Origin: an uncultured Nitrososphaeraceae archaeon
GTDB taxonomy: Archaea; Thermoproteota; Nitrososphaeria; Nitrososphaerales; Nitrososphaeraceae
Direction of reading: 5' to 3'
NCBI GenBank assembly: GCA_963825865.1
Contig: CAWGVG010000033.1
Coordinates: 32,001-96,000, forward strand
Length of the DNA: 64,000 nt
Shown here piece after piece: positions 1 through 13,509 of the stretch. Numbering within the stretch: the first letter of the stretch is position 1; each line of letters starts with the position of its first letter. The notes beneath the pieces were generated by a model that made no database searches, was not told the origin of the DNA, and was given only the letters and a program-made list of their open reading frames with translations. The position numbers and the translations under genes are program-made.

Positions 1-762
1 ATGCTTGAGATATTATTATATCTAGTTTCAACTTCAGATTTATTTCTTCCTCTTGATACAATCTGCACACGCAACATTGGCTTATTATCGCTAGTATATC
101 CTCTGGGATGTGTTTTCAGATAAATCGAATCTGACTGATATGATTCAACTATCTTGGTTAGAATAGGCGCAAGCATTGCTTCGGTAATACTAATTATTTC
201 AAAACTAGATTCAGTAATGTGAAAATCACCAGTGTTTTTCTTTATTTCAGGAAGTGTGCTTTCTAAAAATATTGCTTCCATTTCTTTAGGGTACTCCTGG
301 AAGGCAAATAATCTTTGTTTTGGCAGTTTCTACTAGAACAGAGGGTGCGGAGCCGACAGGGTTCTGGATTGGAATTGATCCTATTGGAATCGTTGCCATC
401 TTTAATTGTATTTCGTTCAGTTCATCATAATTCACTAAATGGCGTGAATAACTTTTTCTTAACATTTCTACTGCTCTCTTGTCAAGTGCAAGTTCCACTC
501 CTAAACTTATTCCAACTCCTTGCAGAGTTTTATCATCATAAGTAGGTCCAAGGCCACCAGAAATAATCAACCAACTTGGTCTCCGTGCTAATGACTCCTT
601 TACTGCGAAAGCTATTTCATCAATATCGTCTCTGACGATTGTTATCCTTATTACACATCCACCAGCCTCGGTAATTTTTTGTGAAAGCCACTGAGCATTA
701 GTATTCACAGTTCTGCCGGAAAGCAATTCATTCCCTATGCATAATATTTCGAAGGTAAACAT
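1..762 (-). CDS. CinA-like molybdopterin-binding domain protein (frameshift near 287, continues to window start)
   Basis: IGNELLSG..NTNAQWL, SGGLGPTYDDKT and CLPGVP motifs; C-terminal part (..IYLKTHPRG..) continues in another frame below 286. Confidence 0.85.
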
Positions 763-1705
763 TGATATAAAATGTTCTTCTATTTCCTATATGACTGCTA
801 CGGAATTAGCAAGTGGGATTACTTTCATGGATATTCTAATTTGCAATCTATTTAAATTAGCCTCTCATAATCATCTCCCCACCTTTTCCATAATTTGATT
901 TTGTCATAACCGTATATGAATTCCAAGGACCTTCCATTTGTGTCCAAATCCATTAAGGGGCAACGCGCTTTTCCTCCCCTGTGAAGTCTTTTAAGACAAA
1001 ATTAAAGATATAATCAGGCCATCCGGCTTCACATAGTACACACTTTCAAATCGACTTACTTTCTACTTTATCGCTTTTTGACAGCGGATTCAATCCTTTT
1101 GCAGTTTCAATAGCTAAAAAACTTCCTATATATATAATCTAAAATGTTTAGACATATGTGCAATCTCTTCTGTAAGAGGGGTGATGGATCTGTTTGCTCG
1201 TCAAAAACAAATGAGGCAGGTTCTAGACTCAAAAAGAGTAAACTATTTTTAATAATGAATTCGATTCGATGTATCGTTTTATCTTCAATTTCAATGGTGT
1301 CTTCTGCAAGTTTCATAGGATTGCCCCTTGAATGACATAATGTTCTTTTTGAAGGAGAAATGAATGATCTTAATGCTTCAGTTGATTTCTTTTTCAACTT
1401 ATTAAAGTACACGTGTTATTAATGTATCATAAAGGTTCATACCTAAAAATATTAATATCGCTATTTAATCGATTTACTGCTAGTAATATAACGAACTTCT
1501 TACAATTAACAGTAATTCTGGTCTCATAAGAATTGTACTTGCGTAATCTATTATGAGTTATATAGTGTCCAATGAATACCCATATAATAACTAACAATAA
1601 AATCATGCAGTAGTATTTTACCCTATTTACAAACACAACTTGTGCGGCTAGGTGTATTGAGGAGGAAGAGGATAATAATATCTAGACAGCAACGCTATAA
1701 CAAAA

Positions 1706-1924
1706 TCATCCTTTAGTTATCCTATAGGTCACAAATGATATTGGTTGCTGTTCTCTTGGATGATGCAATTTTGTTACCTTCTCCTTCTCTTTTTCTATCC
1801 TCTCAATCTTCGGATGACATGAGTAACAGTAATTACATCCGATACAAATATGGGGAGTTCTTTTCATACACTCACAACATTGACCGTACTCAGGATCCGT
1901 GTATAATGTAATATATTCATGCAT
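1706..1924 (-). CDS. small Cys-rich putative zinc-binding protein
   Basis: MHEYITLYTDPEYGQCCECMKRTPHICIGCNYCYSCH; start at internal Met of ORF 1706..2074. Confidence 0.6.
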   Translation of the reverse strand: MHEYITLYTDPEYGQCCECMKRTPHICIGCNYCYSCHPKIERIEKEKEKVTKLHHPREQQPISFVTYRITKG

Positions 1925-2323
1925 ATTGCATGTATAGTTTACAATGTAAGTAAATAAAATGTATAATACTATAGTGGGAGGGAGGGGATTATACCAGATA
2001 ATAACGATTAAAAGATGTCCAATCTGAGTAAAAATATTCAAGGTTGAAGTTACTACAGAGGATATGAGGAGCACTCTAAGATATTATATATAAAATATGA
2101 GACTGTGGGATTGTGTTTAAGAATATGCTCTTTAACTTGGTTCCTTATTAAGAGTTATCAAATTGACATACATCGCTAATTGTCGCGATTACCTTTGTAA
2201 TGGCTTTTAATTGTTGGCACAATTATAATTCAGTTTGTATGTTTTCTAAAGTAATATGAAAAATTAATAATAAAACAAAAGGCAGTAGTAATATGTAAAA
2301 AAGCTCTTTTGTAGCCTTTATAT

Positions 2324-3082
2324 TCATTGTTTCTTTTTCAATTCCATGAATTCTTTATATCCTTCTCCAAATTCTTTTTCTACTAGTTGTAGCAACTCCA
2401 TGAATTTGTTATCATTTGAGAGAAGTGTCTTCATCGCATTCTCGAGTTCGTATAATACCACATTAGCATTATCCTTATCACTTTCGGGGTTAGTCATAAG
2501 CATATTTGATCCATTATACATTAAAGCTAGTTTAAATCCCAAAGCTTTAGCATGCCATTCCAAATCAAATCCCAATCTTTTAACATACTTCTTTCTATCT
2601 TCTTCTACATTTGAAGCTTTAATATCGCCAAGCGCATAAAGAGTAGTCTCACAGCACTCTCGTAGATGTTGAGTTATTGCAAAGTACAAACGAGCAGTAC
2701 AACGTCTTATGGTATCTATTTGGAGGTACGGATAAATTAAGGTTTTTAATATGATATTATCCTGATATTTTATTAACAATGTAGGTGGGTAGCTCAACAT
2801 CGTCGAAAAGATATAAAACAAACCACAAGTAGTGAACCTGTAATATATTGATCCGCGCAATAATTTTCCTTCTTGTTCAATTAAATTTAATTTTTGAAGT
2901 CTCTCTACTGTAGCATGCTCACTCTTGTAAACCATCGGTTGACGTCTAGATTTGATGTAAGATGTTATTTTGAACGATGAATCTTGACCGCTCATAATTT
3001 TGAAAAGAAATGATTTTTCTGCCTCTCCAAGTTCTATTCGTTCATACGTCGATACTTCTGACATATACATCGAATAGTCCAC
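2324..3082 (-). CDS. hypothetical protein, possible N-terminal winged helix
   Basis: 252-aa ORF; ..VERLQKLNLIE..YYRFTTCG resembles a wHTH wing. Confidence 0.6.
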   Translation of the reverse strand: MDYSMYMSEVSTYERIELGEAEKSFLFKIMSGQDSSFKITSYIKSRRQPMVYKSEHATVERLQKLNLIEQEGKLLRGSIYYRFTTCGLFYIFSTMLSYPPTLLIKYQDNIILKTLIYPYLQIDTIRRCTARLYFAITQHLRECCETTLYALGDIKASNVEEDRKKYVKRLGFDLEWHAKALGFKLALMYNGSNMLMTNPESDKDNANVVLYELENAMKTLLSNDNKFMELLQLVEKEFGEGYKEFMELKKKQ

Positions 3083-3233
3083 ATATGTAGATGTTATCGT
3101 ATACTCAATAAGTATTTCTTAATTGTTGCATTCAATGACTAAAGAGTAGTAGATGGTGTTGTTAAATTAAGGTTAAGAATTAGAAGAGCGGTACCAAAAT
3201 GATTTTATTAGCGAAGGCTAGAGAGGAATTCCA

Positions 3234-5799
3234 ATGATGCAGCGAGTAGGAGCATGTCTCCTTTTTGCGTCATTTATAATATTTACACTTTTGCTATTAT
3301 CCTCGATATTTATATCATCGTTATTATCATCACCAACATCACCAAATTCTAATGCTATTGCATACGGACAAGATGAAAAGAAAGGTGCATATGTTGATCA
3401 AATCAATTTTGTTCATTATCTTGATGAAAACGTGGCGCTTCAAGATCTAAAGGTTGGTAAAATTGATACGTATTTTTTTAATATACCTTTAGAAGTAGTC
3501 TCAGACACAAAGAATGATCCAAATCTTAACGTCTATGATACAACTGGTGGCTCAGAAGATCTCCTGTTAAATCCAGCTCCATCAAAAAACCCAGCTACCG
3601 GTGATTTTAATCCCTTCTCAATTAAGCAAGTAAGATTTGCTATGAACTATTTGTTAGATAGAGACTTTATAGTCAATGAAATTTTGAAAGGCTATGGGTC
3701 TCCAATGAATGATCCATTTGGATTGTATTCTCCAGAATACCTCAATATAATTGACACAGTACAGTCATTTGGATTTAGGCACAACCCAGAATTGGCCCAA
3801 AAGATAATTTCAGATGCTCTGAAGCAGGCTGGCGCGGTAAAAGATGTCCGCGGTGGTGATGGTGGTAAATGGACCTATAATGGTAAACCTATTACGATTA
3901 AAATCTTGATTCGGGCGATATTTCTAATAGGAAGTCAATTGGAGAGCTGGTAGCATCAAATTTGGAGACATTTGGATTTAATGTTGTAAGGGATTATGGC
4001 GACTTAAACAAGGCAAACTCTATAATATATGGCTCTGACCCACAAGACTTGAAGTGGAACATCTACGAAGAAGCAGTTCGCTTCATCTGGCTTTGCAAAA
4101 GTACGATCCAGGGAGTTGTAGCCCAGATGTACGCTCCTTGGAGATGCGAATATGCCTGGAACTCAAAATCCAGCATTTTGGAATTATAAAAACACTACAC
4201 TTGACACAATTACACAGAAAATCACTTTGGAAACTATACTTCTGAAAATGAACGAAACAATCTTTTAAGAAGCGCTATGAAAAACGGAATCCAAGAATCT
4301 GTTAGAATTTTTATAGCTAAAGACATAAACCCTTATGTTGCCACAAAAAATGTCAAAGGTTTGATAAATGATTTTGGCGCAGGAATTACAAGCAGATTTT
4401 CGTTAATTAACAGCAGATTGGACGACACTGGTACAAATAATATCAATGTTGGCATGAAGCAAATCAACGTGGGAGCATGGAACGGTGTTGCAGGATTCAA
4501 AGATGCATACAGCACACAAATGTAGAACAACTATATCAGATCCAGGAGTATACAGTGATCCATACACTGGAGAAGTAATACCAGTCCGCACGCCATGGAC
4601 TGATATTCAAACAAAGGGACCTCATGGTAAGGTTGCGGTATCCCCTGATGCGATCATATGGGATCCCGTAAACCAGCGTTGGAAGAAGGTTAGTGAAAAT
4701 AACAATAATAACAATAACAATGCTACTTCATCCATCAGTAAAGTCACTTATGATTTGAAATACAGCAAATGGCACAATGGAATAATGATGGATAAAAATG
4801 ACCTATTATACTCTGCCTATTTTGGACATGAATGGGGAACAAATACAGGGCAAAGCGACAAAACAGTGGATTCTGAATATACTAGCCAGGCTGGCACAGT
4901 CTATAAAATATGATAAAGGTATAAGGTTTCTCTCTGATAGCAAAGTAGAAGTCGTACCGTGATTTTTGGCACTTTGATAATAAGGAAATTGCGGGAGCTG
5001 CAGGTATATGGGCAGGTGAGCCTTGGGAAATCGGCCGCAGCGACAGAACGTCTGGTTACAGCCGGCAAGTTCGCCTTTTCAAAAACGGATTCCACTTCAA
5101 AAGGTGTGGATTGGCTTTCATCTAATAATCACCGATCTCATGCAACCGCAATAAAAGAAGAACTTCAAAAGATGAAAGACTGAAGGCTATGTACCTATCG
5201 CATTGAGGGATACGGTAATGTAGTTCAGGCAAAAAAAAGATATGATGCAAGCATCAACTGGATAACGCAACACAATAACGCTATAATAGGCAATGGTCCA
5301 TTTTACCTTGATAATTACAATCCTGCAGGAGGCATCATTACAATAAAGGCATTTCGTGACAATTCCTATCCATTTGAGGTAGGATACTGGAATAATAAAT
5401 ACGAACATCCGAAATTGGCCACAATTGAAAATGTAAATGATGTTCCAAGATTCATTCGTATAGGCCAACCGGTAAATATAGGAATACAAGTCCAATGTGG
5501 ATGGAAAACCTAGTAACAATGCTATAGTAAACTATTACCTATCAAATAGTAATGGAAGTGTTGTGTTAAGTGGGGTAGCAAAACCTTCTTCTTCTCTTCC
5601 TCCTACTAATAATAGCAATCCCACAACAGCAAATAATGCTGGTATATTCACAATTGATCTTAGCAGCAAGGATACTGCTAAATTATCTACGGGTCCTAGT
5701 ATTCTAAAGATATTTGCAAACAGTTTACAGGCGTACAAGCCCTATATACTCACAAAAACCATTATAGCTGTGAAAAGACAAACGATATCACAGGGGTAG
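3234..5799 (+). CDS. ABC transporter substrate-binding protein, family 5 (peptide/nickel type), several frameshifts
   Basis: N-terminal TM; LLLNPAP..NPFSIKQVRFAMNYLLDR, GNGPFYL motifs; consecutive + fragments 3234-3953, 3962-4189, 4277-4525, 4485-4913, 4959-5183, 5497-5799. Confidence 0.8.
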
Positions 5800-6276
5800 C
5801 ATTAATGTACAGAACCTAATAGGATTGATATGTATGCATAAATTAGTAAAACTATAAAAAATTGTGAACAACAAATGATTTGAATTCTCTTACCACCATA
5901 TAGGTGCTTGAATTTCTTGCATTGAGGTTTTTAAAACTAATATCATATTATCAAATCTGAACCCATACGTAGAACCAGAATTTGTTGTTATTATATGGTC
6001 TTTTGCTTGCCACAATTGGCACTTATGCTGCTACTACTACTGTTAACGTCAATGCTATCAGCATACTATGGCGTTCGCCTAGAATATCCGTCACCATTGC
6101 CCAATGACTGTACATCATAGACTATTATTTTCATCTAAATATGGCTCATCTATTTTTTGATTTATATTTATAAATGTAGCATGCAATACTCTTGCAAATC
6201 CGCCCGTTAACAGTTTACCAACAAAGAAATATCACAAATTAGATTAAAAGGCCTAACAATATGATTACTGTTATTT

Positions 6277-6625
6277 ATGGCCATCAGAGTTGATATATCG
6301 TTCCTTCCTGGAGATTTAAAATACACTATTCTTAATAGTATTGAGGTAAAATCTAATTTAGATAATCAAAGCAACAACGATGTTATTATCTTTACAGAAG
6401 AAAATAACATTCAAAAGATTAAACAAATGATGCAAAAAATTCTTAGACAAAACCGTATTAATGCCTACATCGTTGCAGAGAATTCTGAAGAAGAAAATGA
6501 GATTACGATTCTTAAACAAGGTGATATGGAACAATTTGGAATCTATATATGTACCTCACTGTGGAATGTCGTTTGAAAGCGAAATTCAACGAACTGTACA
6601 TCAGAGAATACACTATTTCACATAA
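6277..6625 (+). CDS. C-terminal C2H2 zinc-finger protein (frameshift near 6556)
   Basis: Removing one base gives YICTHCGMSFESEIQRTVHQRIHYFT*, a canonical C2H2 finger. Confidence 0.75.
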
Positions 6626-6681
6626 AAGAGATAAACAATAAGAGTCGCCTCAATTGCCAGCCATAGGCAACTGTGAGATAA

Positions 6682-7645
6682 TTATTGTCTAGTCTGGTTT
6701 TGTTGTTGCACTTGTGGTTGCTGCTGTCCTTGTAGTGGTAGCTGGAAAAATGGAAACGCACCAGTTCCTCCTAGAGAATAGGGCATTTGTCCATTCCATC
6801 TATTGATAGATTGCCATTGCAAATACTGTGGACTTTGTCTAAGCTGTTCGGTAATTATTTTGATAGCCTGTCCTTCACCCGATGCTCTGGCTACATTTGC
6901 TCTTGCTTGTGCCTGTGCTTGAACAACTGTCTGGTTTGCAATTACCTGTACTGACTTTAGATTATTTTGTTCAGTCAAGTATTTTTGAAATGCTACTACT
7001 TTTTGTTCAATTTGAGACGCAAATGCTTCTGAGAATTTAAAGTCAGTTATAAACACGTTCTCAACGTTTATGTCTCTTGCTGAGAGAGTGTTACGAATGG
7101 CAGTAGCTATTACCCCTTTCGCGGTTTCTCTTTTTGTTATGAGTTCTTCGGCGTTGAATTTTGCGACACTTGCTTTAACAGATTCTTGGATTGTAGGGGC
7201 AATTATTCTATCTGAATAGTCAGCACCTAGCTGTTGATATATCACGTTGGCATCACTTGGATTGATATGGTAGTTCAATGCTATCGTCGTTGCTACCTCT
7301 TGCAGGTCGTTTGAAGCAGCCGATGCATCAGCTTGGAATTTTAATGTACTGTACTTCTAACTGTATGACCTGTTCAGCAAATGGTACTATGAAATGTAGT
7401 CCTTCTCCTAATACCCTATTCTCAACTGCACCTACATACAGAACAACCCCTCTATGTCCTGCCTGTACAATGACTACTGATTCTGACATGACTATGATTA
7501 TTATGATAAATGTCACGATTCCTGCTAAAATTTTTAGTTTGTTAGACCCCAAGATGGATCCTGACTGTCCTGTATATTCAAGTGGCTCTCCGTCAGGGGT
7601 TCTTCTGTCATACGGTTTACCCGTTTTCTTAAAGGGATTCCTCAT
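6682..7645 (-). CDS. SPFH/prohibitin family protein (frameshift near 7335)
   Basis: TM then VQAGHRGVV..LGEGLHFIVPF; IQESVKASVAKFNAEELITKR; ORFs 7328..7645 and 6682..7278. Confidence 0.9.
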
Positions 7646-7750
7646 AAAATTAACTTTTCAATGGTACCTAGTATTGATTGTAATTTAAATTTGTTGGAGA
7701 TCAATGAGCTATCGCTCTAAGTATACTCATTTTGACCAGTTCATTGAACC

Positions 7751-8197
7751 TCATTCTCTAGTATCGGGAGCAACGCTTGCGGAACGAATCACAGATGAAA
7801 GAGAACGAAACAAAATCATTGGTGCTTTTCTGATTCCAGCACTTGTGGTTTTACCAATATACCTCATACTAGAGCTCCTGCTAACTAAGTCATTCACATA
7901 TCTTCTCCTTGCATAATTATATATCCGCTCGAAGTCTACAGAATAAGTCGATTTGCGTGGTCTCGGAGTGTAACTATACGATCGATGATAGTAAGTGTTG
8001 CTATCATAGTTTTTCCTTGACTGCTCGTCAGAAAGGACCTCATAAGCTTCAACGATCCGCATAAATTTTTGCTTTGATTCTTCGGAGTTTTTATTTCTAT
8101 CCGGATGATATTTTAACGCTAAATTACGAAATGACCTTCTAATTTCTGCTTCTGAAGCAGTGTCAGTAACCCCTAATACCTTGTAGTGATTCGTCAC
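7751..8197 (-). CDS. DnaJ (J-domain) protein
   Basis: [24 protein letters not shown] with HPD motif. Confidence 0.9.
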   Translation of the reverse strand: MTNHYKVLGVTDTASEAEIRRSFRNLALKYHPDRNKNSEESKQKFMRIVEAYEVLSDEQSRKNYDSNTYYHRSYSYTPRPRKSTYSVDFERIYNYARRRYVNDLVSRSSSMRYIGKTTSAGIRKAPMILFRSLSSVIRSASVAPDTRE

Positions 8198-9006
8198 TTT
8201 TGGTATATACTATATCAAGTTAATACGTTATAAACTGTGAGTAAGTTTTTCTTACTATCTGGCACCATGGTTTATATCAATTACTGTGTTTTTGTGACAA
8301 AGGAAAGCATTCGTAAATCGAAGCTTAAATAACACATGTCCTATTTGCCATTTGTTTCTGTCATCATTCTGATTTAGTTTCTGTGTGCCAATCAGTAGGA
8401 GGAGGATTAAGGAGTGGAAATGTCCTTAGTTATATTATTTTGAATGATACCCAACCGAATTTGAATTTATTAATTCAATCTTTTGGTAAACGAAATCGTT
8501 GTCTGAGAAAAAGATGAGAAAGTGTCAAGGTATTCTTCCAACAATAAAATACAGAATAACCAAAGACATTAAAAATAATATGCCCTGAAAGGGGTTAAGT
8601 ATACTTTGTTTTGTATCTGAAACAATCAGGCCACCAGCACCATATTATCAGCCATCTGCAGGAGGAGGCGGGGAAGTAGCAGTATAGCTCAAGCAGTTCA
8701 TCATCAAGTTGTAGATAAACAAAAATATTTTTTAATCTATTCTTCTTTGTTATTTCGTTAACCAATATAATTTCATCTTTTTCTTCTATATATAAAAAGA
8801 ATCGTCTATCAAATTATATGTTATGCTATAATGCTGAGATTATATTTACACTGAAGTGTTCAAAAGTAAACAGATGTTCGTTTGTTGTAGGATATTATCG
8901 CTTTACTATGGAGGTGAGACGTTTAATCTTCTCGTTATTGATGCAATCAGACTGACATATATAATCTCTTTTGAATCATAGATAATTCCTAACTGCATTT
9001 CGCATG

Positions 9007-10275
9007 TTATGGAGGTATATTATTTTTTATGATATTAGAATATAATATATTATTTTTTTCTGCCCCACTTTCCACTGCTATAGCATTCGATGATGATGAT
9101 TGTGGATTTACTATGACAGTATTATCATGTACCCTGTTATTAAGAGATTCTTTATCTAAATCTATCCCACTAATGCTGTTTGAAACCGTATTGTTGAAAA
9201 TTTCGTTATCATGTGACTCGGAAATAGTTATAGCTTTTTCCTCGCCGCTTATCAGATTATCCCTTGCAGTAGAATCAAACATATTTCTGCTAAACATTAT
9301 ACCTCTATTGACATTATTGTAAACGGTGTTTTTTTCTATTGTTATACGATAGCAATTCAAAGAACAAATTATACCGATAGAGCCATTATCATGAACTGTA
9401 TTGTTGCGGATTACCATATCATGGGTTCCTGTATGAGGATCTAATCCATAGTGCCCGTTGTCATGTACGTCGTTATTTTCAATAAGGAAGTTGCCTACAC
9501 CATTTGAATAAAAGCCAAAGTAAAGATGATGTATATTATTATTCACTATTATGCTTCCATCTCCACCAGCGTATCTCAAACCAGAAGTTCCTCCACCAAT
9601 TCCTGACTCATATCCTAAATACGCAATTTCTGAATTTGTAATGTTTGTCGTTCCAGTAGCGCTGTTCCGCACTGTTATGTATGGCCTTGGTCCACCAGAT
9701 GACACCTCGTATTTATTTCCAACCAATATCCTTGTTCCGTTACTTATTGCATAATCGTTTGTCTGAGGATCCCATGAAGTTACTTTCACTGAATCAATCT
9801 TTAAACTACCTGATACATCTATAGGATATGCAGTTCTTCCATCTGCTATTATTTTTAACCATTTTACATTATCTTTTGAGTCAATATTAAGTACTGCTCC
9901 TTTATCAATCATAATGCCTGCATTTAACAGCCAGACTCCGTCGGCTTGTTTATTTAACACACTATCATCATTAAGCTGATTATGTATATCGGTTAGACTT
10001 GCCGATTGACATTTTATTGTAATTGTTCTATTAGGGGGATCATAGCTAACGCAGCTTTCACTAGGAGAAGGAGAAGGAGCAGTATCAGTTGCAGTTGTTA
10101 TCGATTTTATCGCCGCTCCTCCGTCTGGCATTTCAGAATCGATTAAAGCTATTAATGACATAATTGTAATTAGCAGATACCTTAGAGAGGAAAAATCAAC
10201 TTTTATTTTCAAGAGATATTGCTCTAATTTGCAATAGTGGTTATATATAAATTCTGTACAAAATGCTATAAACAT
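9007..10275 (-). CDS. right-handed parallel beta-helix protein (pectin-lyase/NosD/AlgG-like)
   Basis: Repeated IxNNxVxxN turns; YGLDPH motif; hydrophobic N-terminus; true start probably downstream of 10275. Confidence 0.8.
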   Translation of the reverse strand: MFIAFCTEFIYNHYCKLEQYLLKIKVDFSSLRYLLITIMSLIALIDSEMPDGGAAIKSITTATDTAPSPSPSESCVSYDPPNRTITIKCQSASLTDIHNQLNDDSVLNKQADGVWLLNAGIMIDKGAVLNIDSKDNVKWLKIIADGRTAYPIDVSGSLKIDSVKVTSWDPQTNDYAISNGTRILVGNKYEVSSGGPRPYITVRNSATGTTNITNSEIAYLGYESGIGGGTSGLRYAGGDGSIIVNNNIHHLYFGFYSNGVGNFLIENNDVHDNGHYGLDPHTGTHDMVIRNNTVHDNGSIGIICSLNCYRITIEKNTVYNNVNRGIMFSRNMFDSTARDNLISGEEKAITISESHDNEIFNNTVSNSISGIDLDKESLNNRVHDNTVIVNPQSSSSNAIAVESGAEKNNILYSNIIKNNIPP

Positions 10276-10424
10276 TTTGTATTGTACAGTACATGGTATT
10301 TTCTAATCACTACAACATAGGGTATATGATGTCATCTGAATGATGCTAGATATAATATAGATCTCCATCTTAAGAATGAGACAAGAGCTTTTTATATGAA
10401 TACACAAACAAACAACGCTACTTA

Positions 10425-10892
10425 TTATCTTAAATCTTCCAAATCCTCATCTAGAAAACCTTTCGGCGAAAGTGGTTTTCTTCCAATAAAACCTTCGTCT
10501 TTTGCATGCCAGAATTTGATTTCAGTTTCTCCAGATTTCCAACATAGCCATACTTCTTGGTCAAATCTCAATGAAGGAAAATCAAGTAGGCCTTCATCTA
10601 CGCTTTTTATCATGACTCCCATATCTTCAAGTTGCTCTATTGATTTGTAAAGATTCGTAACAGCTAAATTTAGCTCTTGTTTCTTTTTAATGAATCTTTC
10701 TAATGTAGAGCCTGATTCAATAATCATCTGTAATTCTCGTTGAATTGCAACAACATGATTCTTTTGAGACACAATAGTATTGAACCGACGTTTAACTTCT
10801 GGTAGGGCTCTATTCGCATCCTGAGGGGTATATGCTATAAACATCAGACAAACTTTTTTCAGGAGCAGATAATTTATGTATTCCCGTAGCAA
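10425..10892 (-). CDS. DUF2203-like protein
   Basis: YTPQDAN..LP; GLLDFPS..VWLCWKSGE..FWH..EGFIGRKPL. Confidence 0.8.
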   Translation of the reverse strand: MLREYINYLLLKKVCLMFIAYTPQDANRALPEVKRRFNTIVSQKNHVVAIQRELQMIIESGSTLERFIKKKQELNLAVTNLYKSIEQLEDMGVMIKSVDEGLLDFPSLRFDQEVWLCWKSGETEIKFWHAKDEGFIGRKPLSPKGFLDEDLEDLR

Positions 10893-10899
10893 AAAGTGA

Positions 10900-11301
10900 C
10901 TAATGTCGATATCGCTTCTTTTTTCTTTTGTTGCTAATATTCCGTGCGCTTTTATATGTCGCAGGCATGCTTTGGTTATTCTTATCGAAGTCTCCTAGTC
11001 CATGTGGATAATTTTCCCAGGTGTTTGATCTTCCGAATAGATTATCAAGTTTTGCTGATGTAATACATGAGAATTTATTTAACGCTAAATGTAAAGTTTC
11101 GTGACTTAATAATGAGCTTGCTATTTCGGCGATCCTTCCCTCATTATAATATTCTTGCCAAGACCTATAATTTGAAATAAAAGCACGAGATCTTCCGTAA
11201 TAGGGTACAAACATTAATCCACGTTTACCCGCCATTCCTTTAAGCCCAAGTTCTATCACCATTTTTTGCCACCTTAGACGTATATCTACTCTCATTAACA
11301 A
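10900..11301 (-). CDS. hypothetical protein with HExxH motif
   Basis: LLSHETLHLAL. Confidence 0.55.
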   Translation of the reverse strand: MLMRVDIRLRWQKMVIELGLKGMAGKRGLMFVPYYGRSRAFISNYRSWQEYYNEGRIAEIASSLLSHETLHLALNKFSCITSAKLDNLFGRSNTWENYPHGLGDFDKNNQSMPATYKSARNISNKRKKKRYRH

Positions 11302-11817
11302 AAGATTGATTAACCTTATCCTTAAAAGAGTAAATAATTTACCTCAAAATCATATTTGTTCTTTGTTTTTTTCCGATGTTTTATAAGTAAAAATAGAGCT
11401 ATTTACCCGATACGATAAATATTGACTGGCTCTGATAAGGTGATCAGGTAATTAGAATAGAGAAAATATATCTTTTAATAGCAAAAGTTAAATTTTATAA
11501 CTAGATTTAAGATTATGTTAAAAAAAATGCACATAAACCGTATAGATACGATTTTTTTTGATGTATAATGGAATATTTGGAGTTGAAAAATGGTCTTAGC
11601 AATAACTATAATTTTAACTGCTTAGGCTAAAGTCAATCATGTTTGATTACTCATAATGGTTTTCTTAAACCATGTATATTTATATAAGCTCTTAATCGTT
11701 TGCTCTAGACTGGGAGAAAGAGATGATAAGAAAATTGTAGAAGATTACTTGATTGATTGATTGACTTTTTACTAGACAATACTTTCTATAACCTATTATA
11801 TTAAGCAACAAATAATT

Positions 11818-13226
11818 TTGATATTGGGCATTATTATAAATCGCTCCATACTAGAAAGACATCACCAGAATTATCGTTCTTTAAACATTGCGCTTTCTGC
11901 TTTAGAATATTCAATTAAAAATGTAGATCCCAAAATTCTTGTTAATAAAACGGTGAAGTTAAAAGGTTCAAATTTAAGCTTGAATGATATTCAAGGTAAA
12001 ACGGTAGAACTAAATCTCGATGATTTCAATTCTGTGTACATAGTTGGCGCAGGAAAGGCAACAGCTAGAATGACAGCGGCTCTCTGTAATATTTTAAAAG
12101 GAAGAATTTCATATGGTGCAATCAATGTTCCCTATCATACCAAGGGACAAATTGATAGAATTTCGATAACAGAAGCTAATCATCCGTTACCTGATGAATC
12201 AGGAGTTAATGGGACAAAAAAAATTGTCAATATTTTGAAAAAAACTAAGAGCATAGACCTAGTTTTTGTTTTGATTTCAGGCGGGGGTTCTGCACTGCTG
12301 CTGCTTTCCTGCTGAAGGCATAACGGTATTAAACAAACAAGAAATTGCAAGCACTATCATGTCTCGTGGGGCGTCCATTCATGAAATCAATGTTGTACGG
12401 AAACACTTATCGATGATAAAAGGTGGCCAGCTCTTAAGATATGTCAATAGGGGTTGCACTGTAGTTTCTTTAATTTTGTCAGACGTTATAGGAGATAATA
12501 TAGAGATAATTGCATCTGGTCCTACAGGTACCTGACAGTTCGACATTTAAAGAAGCTGGGTTAGTTCTAAAAAAATATCATCTTTGGAATGATAAAAATG
12601 CACAGAATACTGCAGTCAAAGAAGTAATAATTAATGGAATGAAAGGTAATATCAATGATACCCCAAAACCTGGAGATCCAATTTTTAAGAATGTAAATAA
12701 TTTGCTGATAGGTAACAATACACTTGTCTGCGAAAATGCTGTTAAATATTTAAAAAAACATAGGTTGCAGGCTTTAAATTTAGGTTCATCATTTGATGGT
12801 GAAGCAAAGAATTTTGGAAGAACGCTTGCAAGGTTAGCCCATAATTTTGGGATATCCTTTTCACCATTCGGTTTCGTTTTAGGAGGAGAAACGACTGTTA
12901 AATTGAATAAAAAAAAAAATAATGGAGCCGGAGGAAGAAATCAAGAGGCTATACTAGCAGCTATATTAAATTTCAAGTTTCAATGTCGTGATGATATTAG
13001 TATTGTGTGTATGGGAACAGATGGGATAGATGGAAACACTGATGCCGCCGGGGGCCTTTTAACTCCCAAAACGATCTCTATAACCAATGAAAAGAAATTA
13101 GAACTGAAAAGGTACCTAAACAATCATGATAGCTACAATGCACTGAAAAAAGTAAACTCATTAATAATCACTGGAAGAACCGGAACTAACGTAAATGATA
13201 TCGCCATAATTTGCAGATTGAAGTAG
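11818..13226 (+). CDS. glycerate 2-kinase (MOFRL/DUF4147), frameshifts near 12310 and 12525
   Basis: VGAGKA, HPLPD, LISGGGSAL, GGETTV, GGRNQE, GTDGIDG, TGTNVND motifs. Confidence 0.9.
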
Positions 13227-13509
13227 CATAATTCTAACAATGTATTTAATTTAATTCCAACTGCAGAATCTGTTCAACCTGAATGACTGATGGACGAGTT
13301 TTATATAATTAATTACTCTGCACTAAACCAACCGCTACCATCTAAAGCTAGGCTGCCCCAATCTAGCCAATAGAAGTTATGTCTTAGGAGAGAATATAAC
13401 AACGCCTTATCTACTTTATTTCTTTTTCCTATAGCGTAGATATATAATAAGTCCCGCCATAGCTAATGTTCCAGGCGCGACATAGTAGAGCATTAATTGG
13501 CCAAATGGT

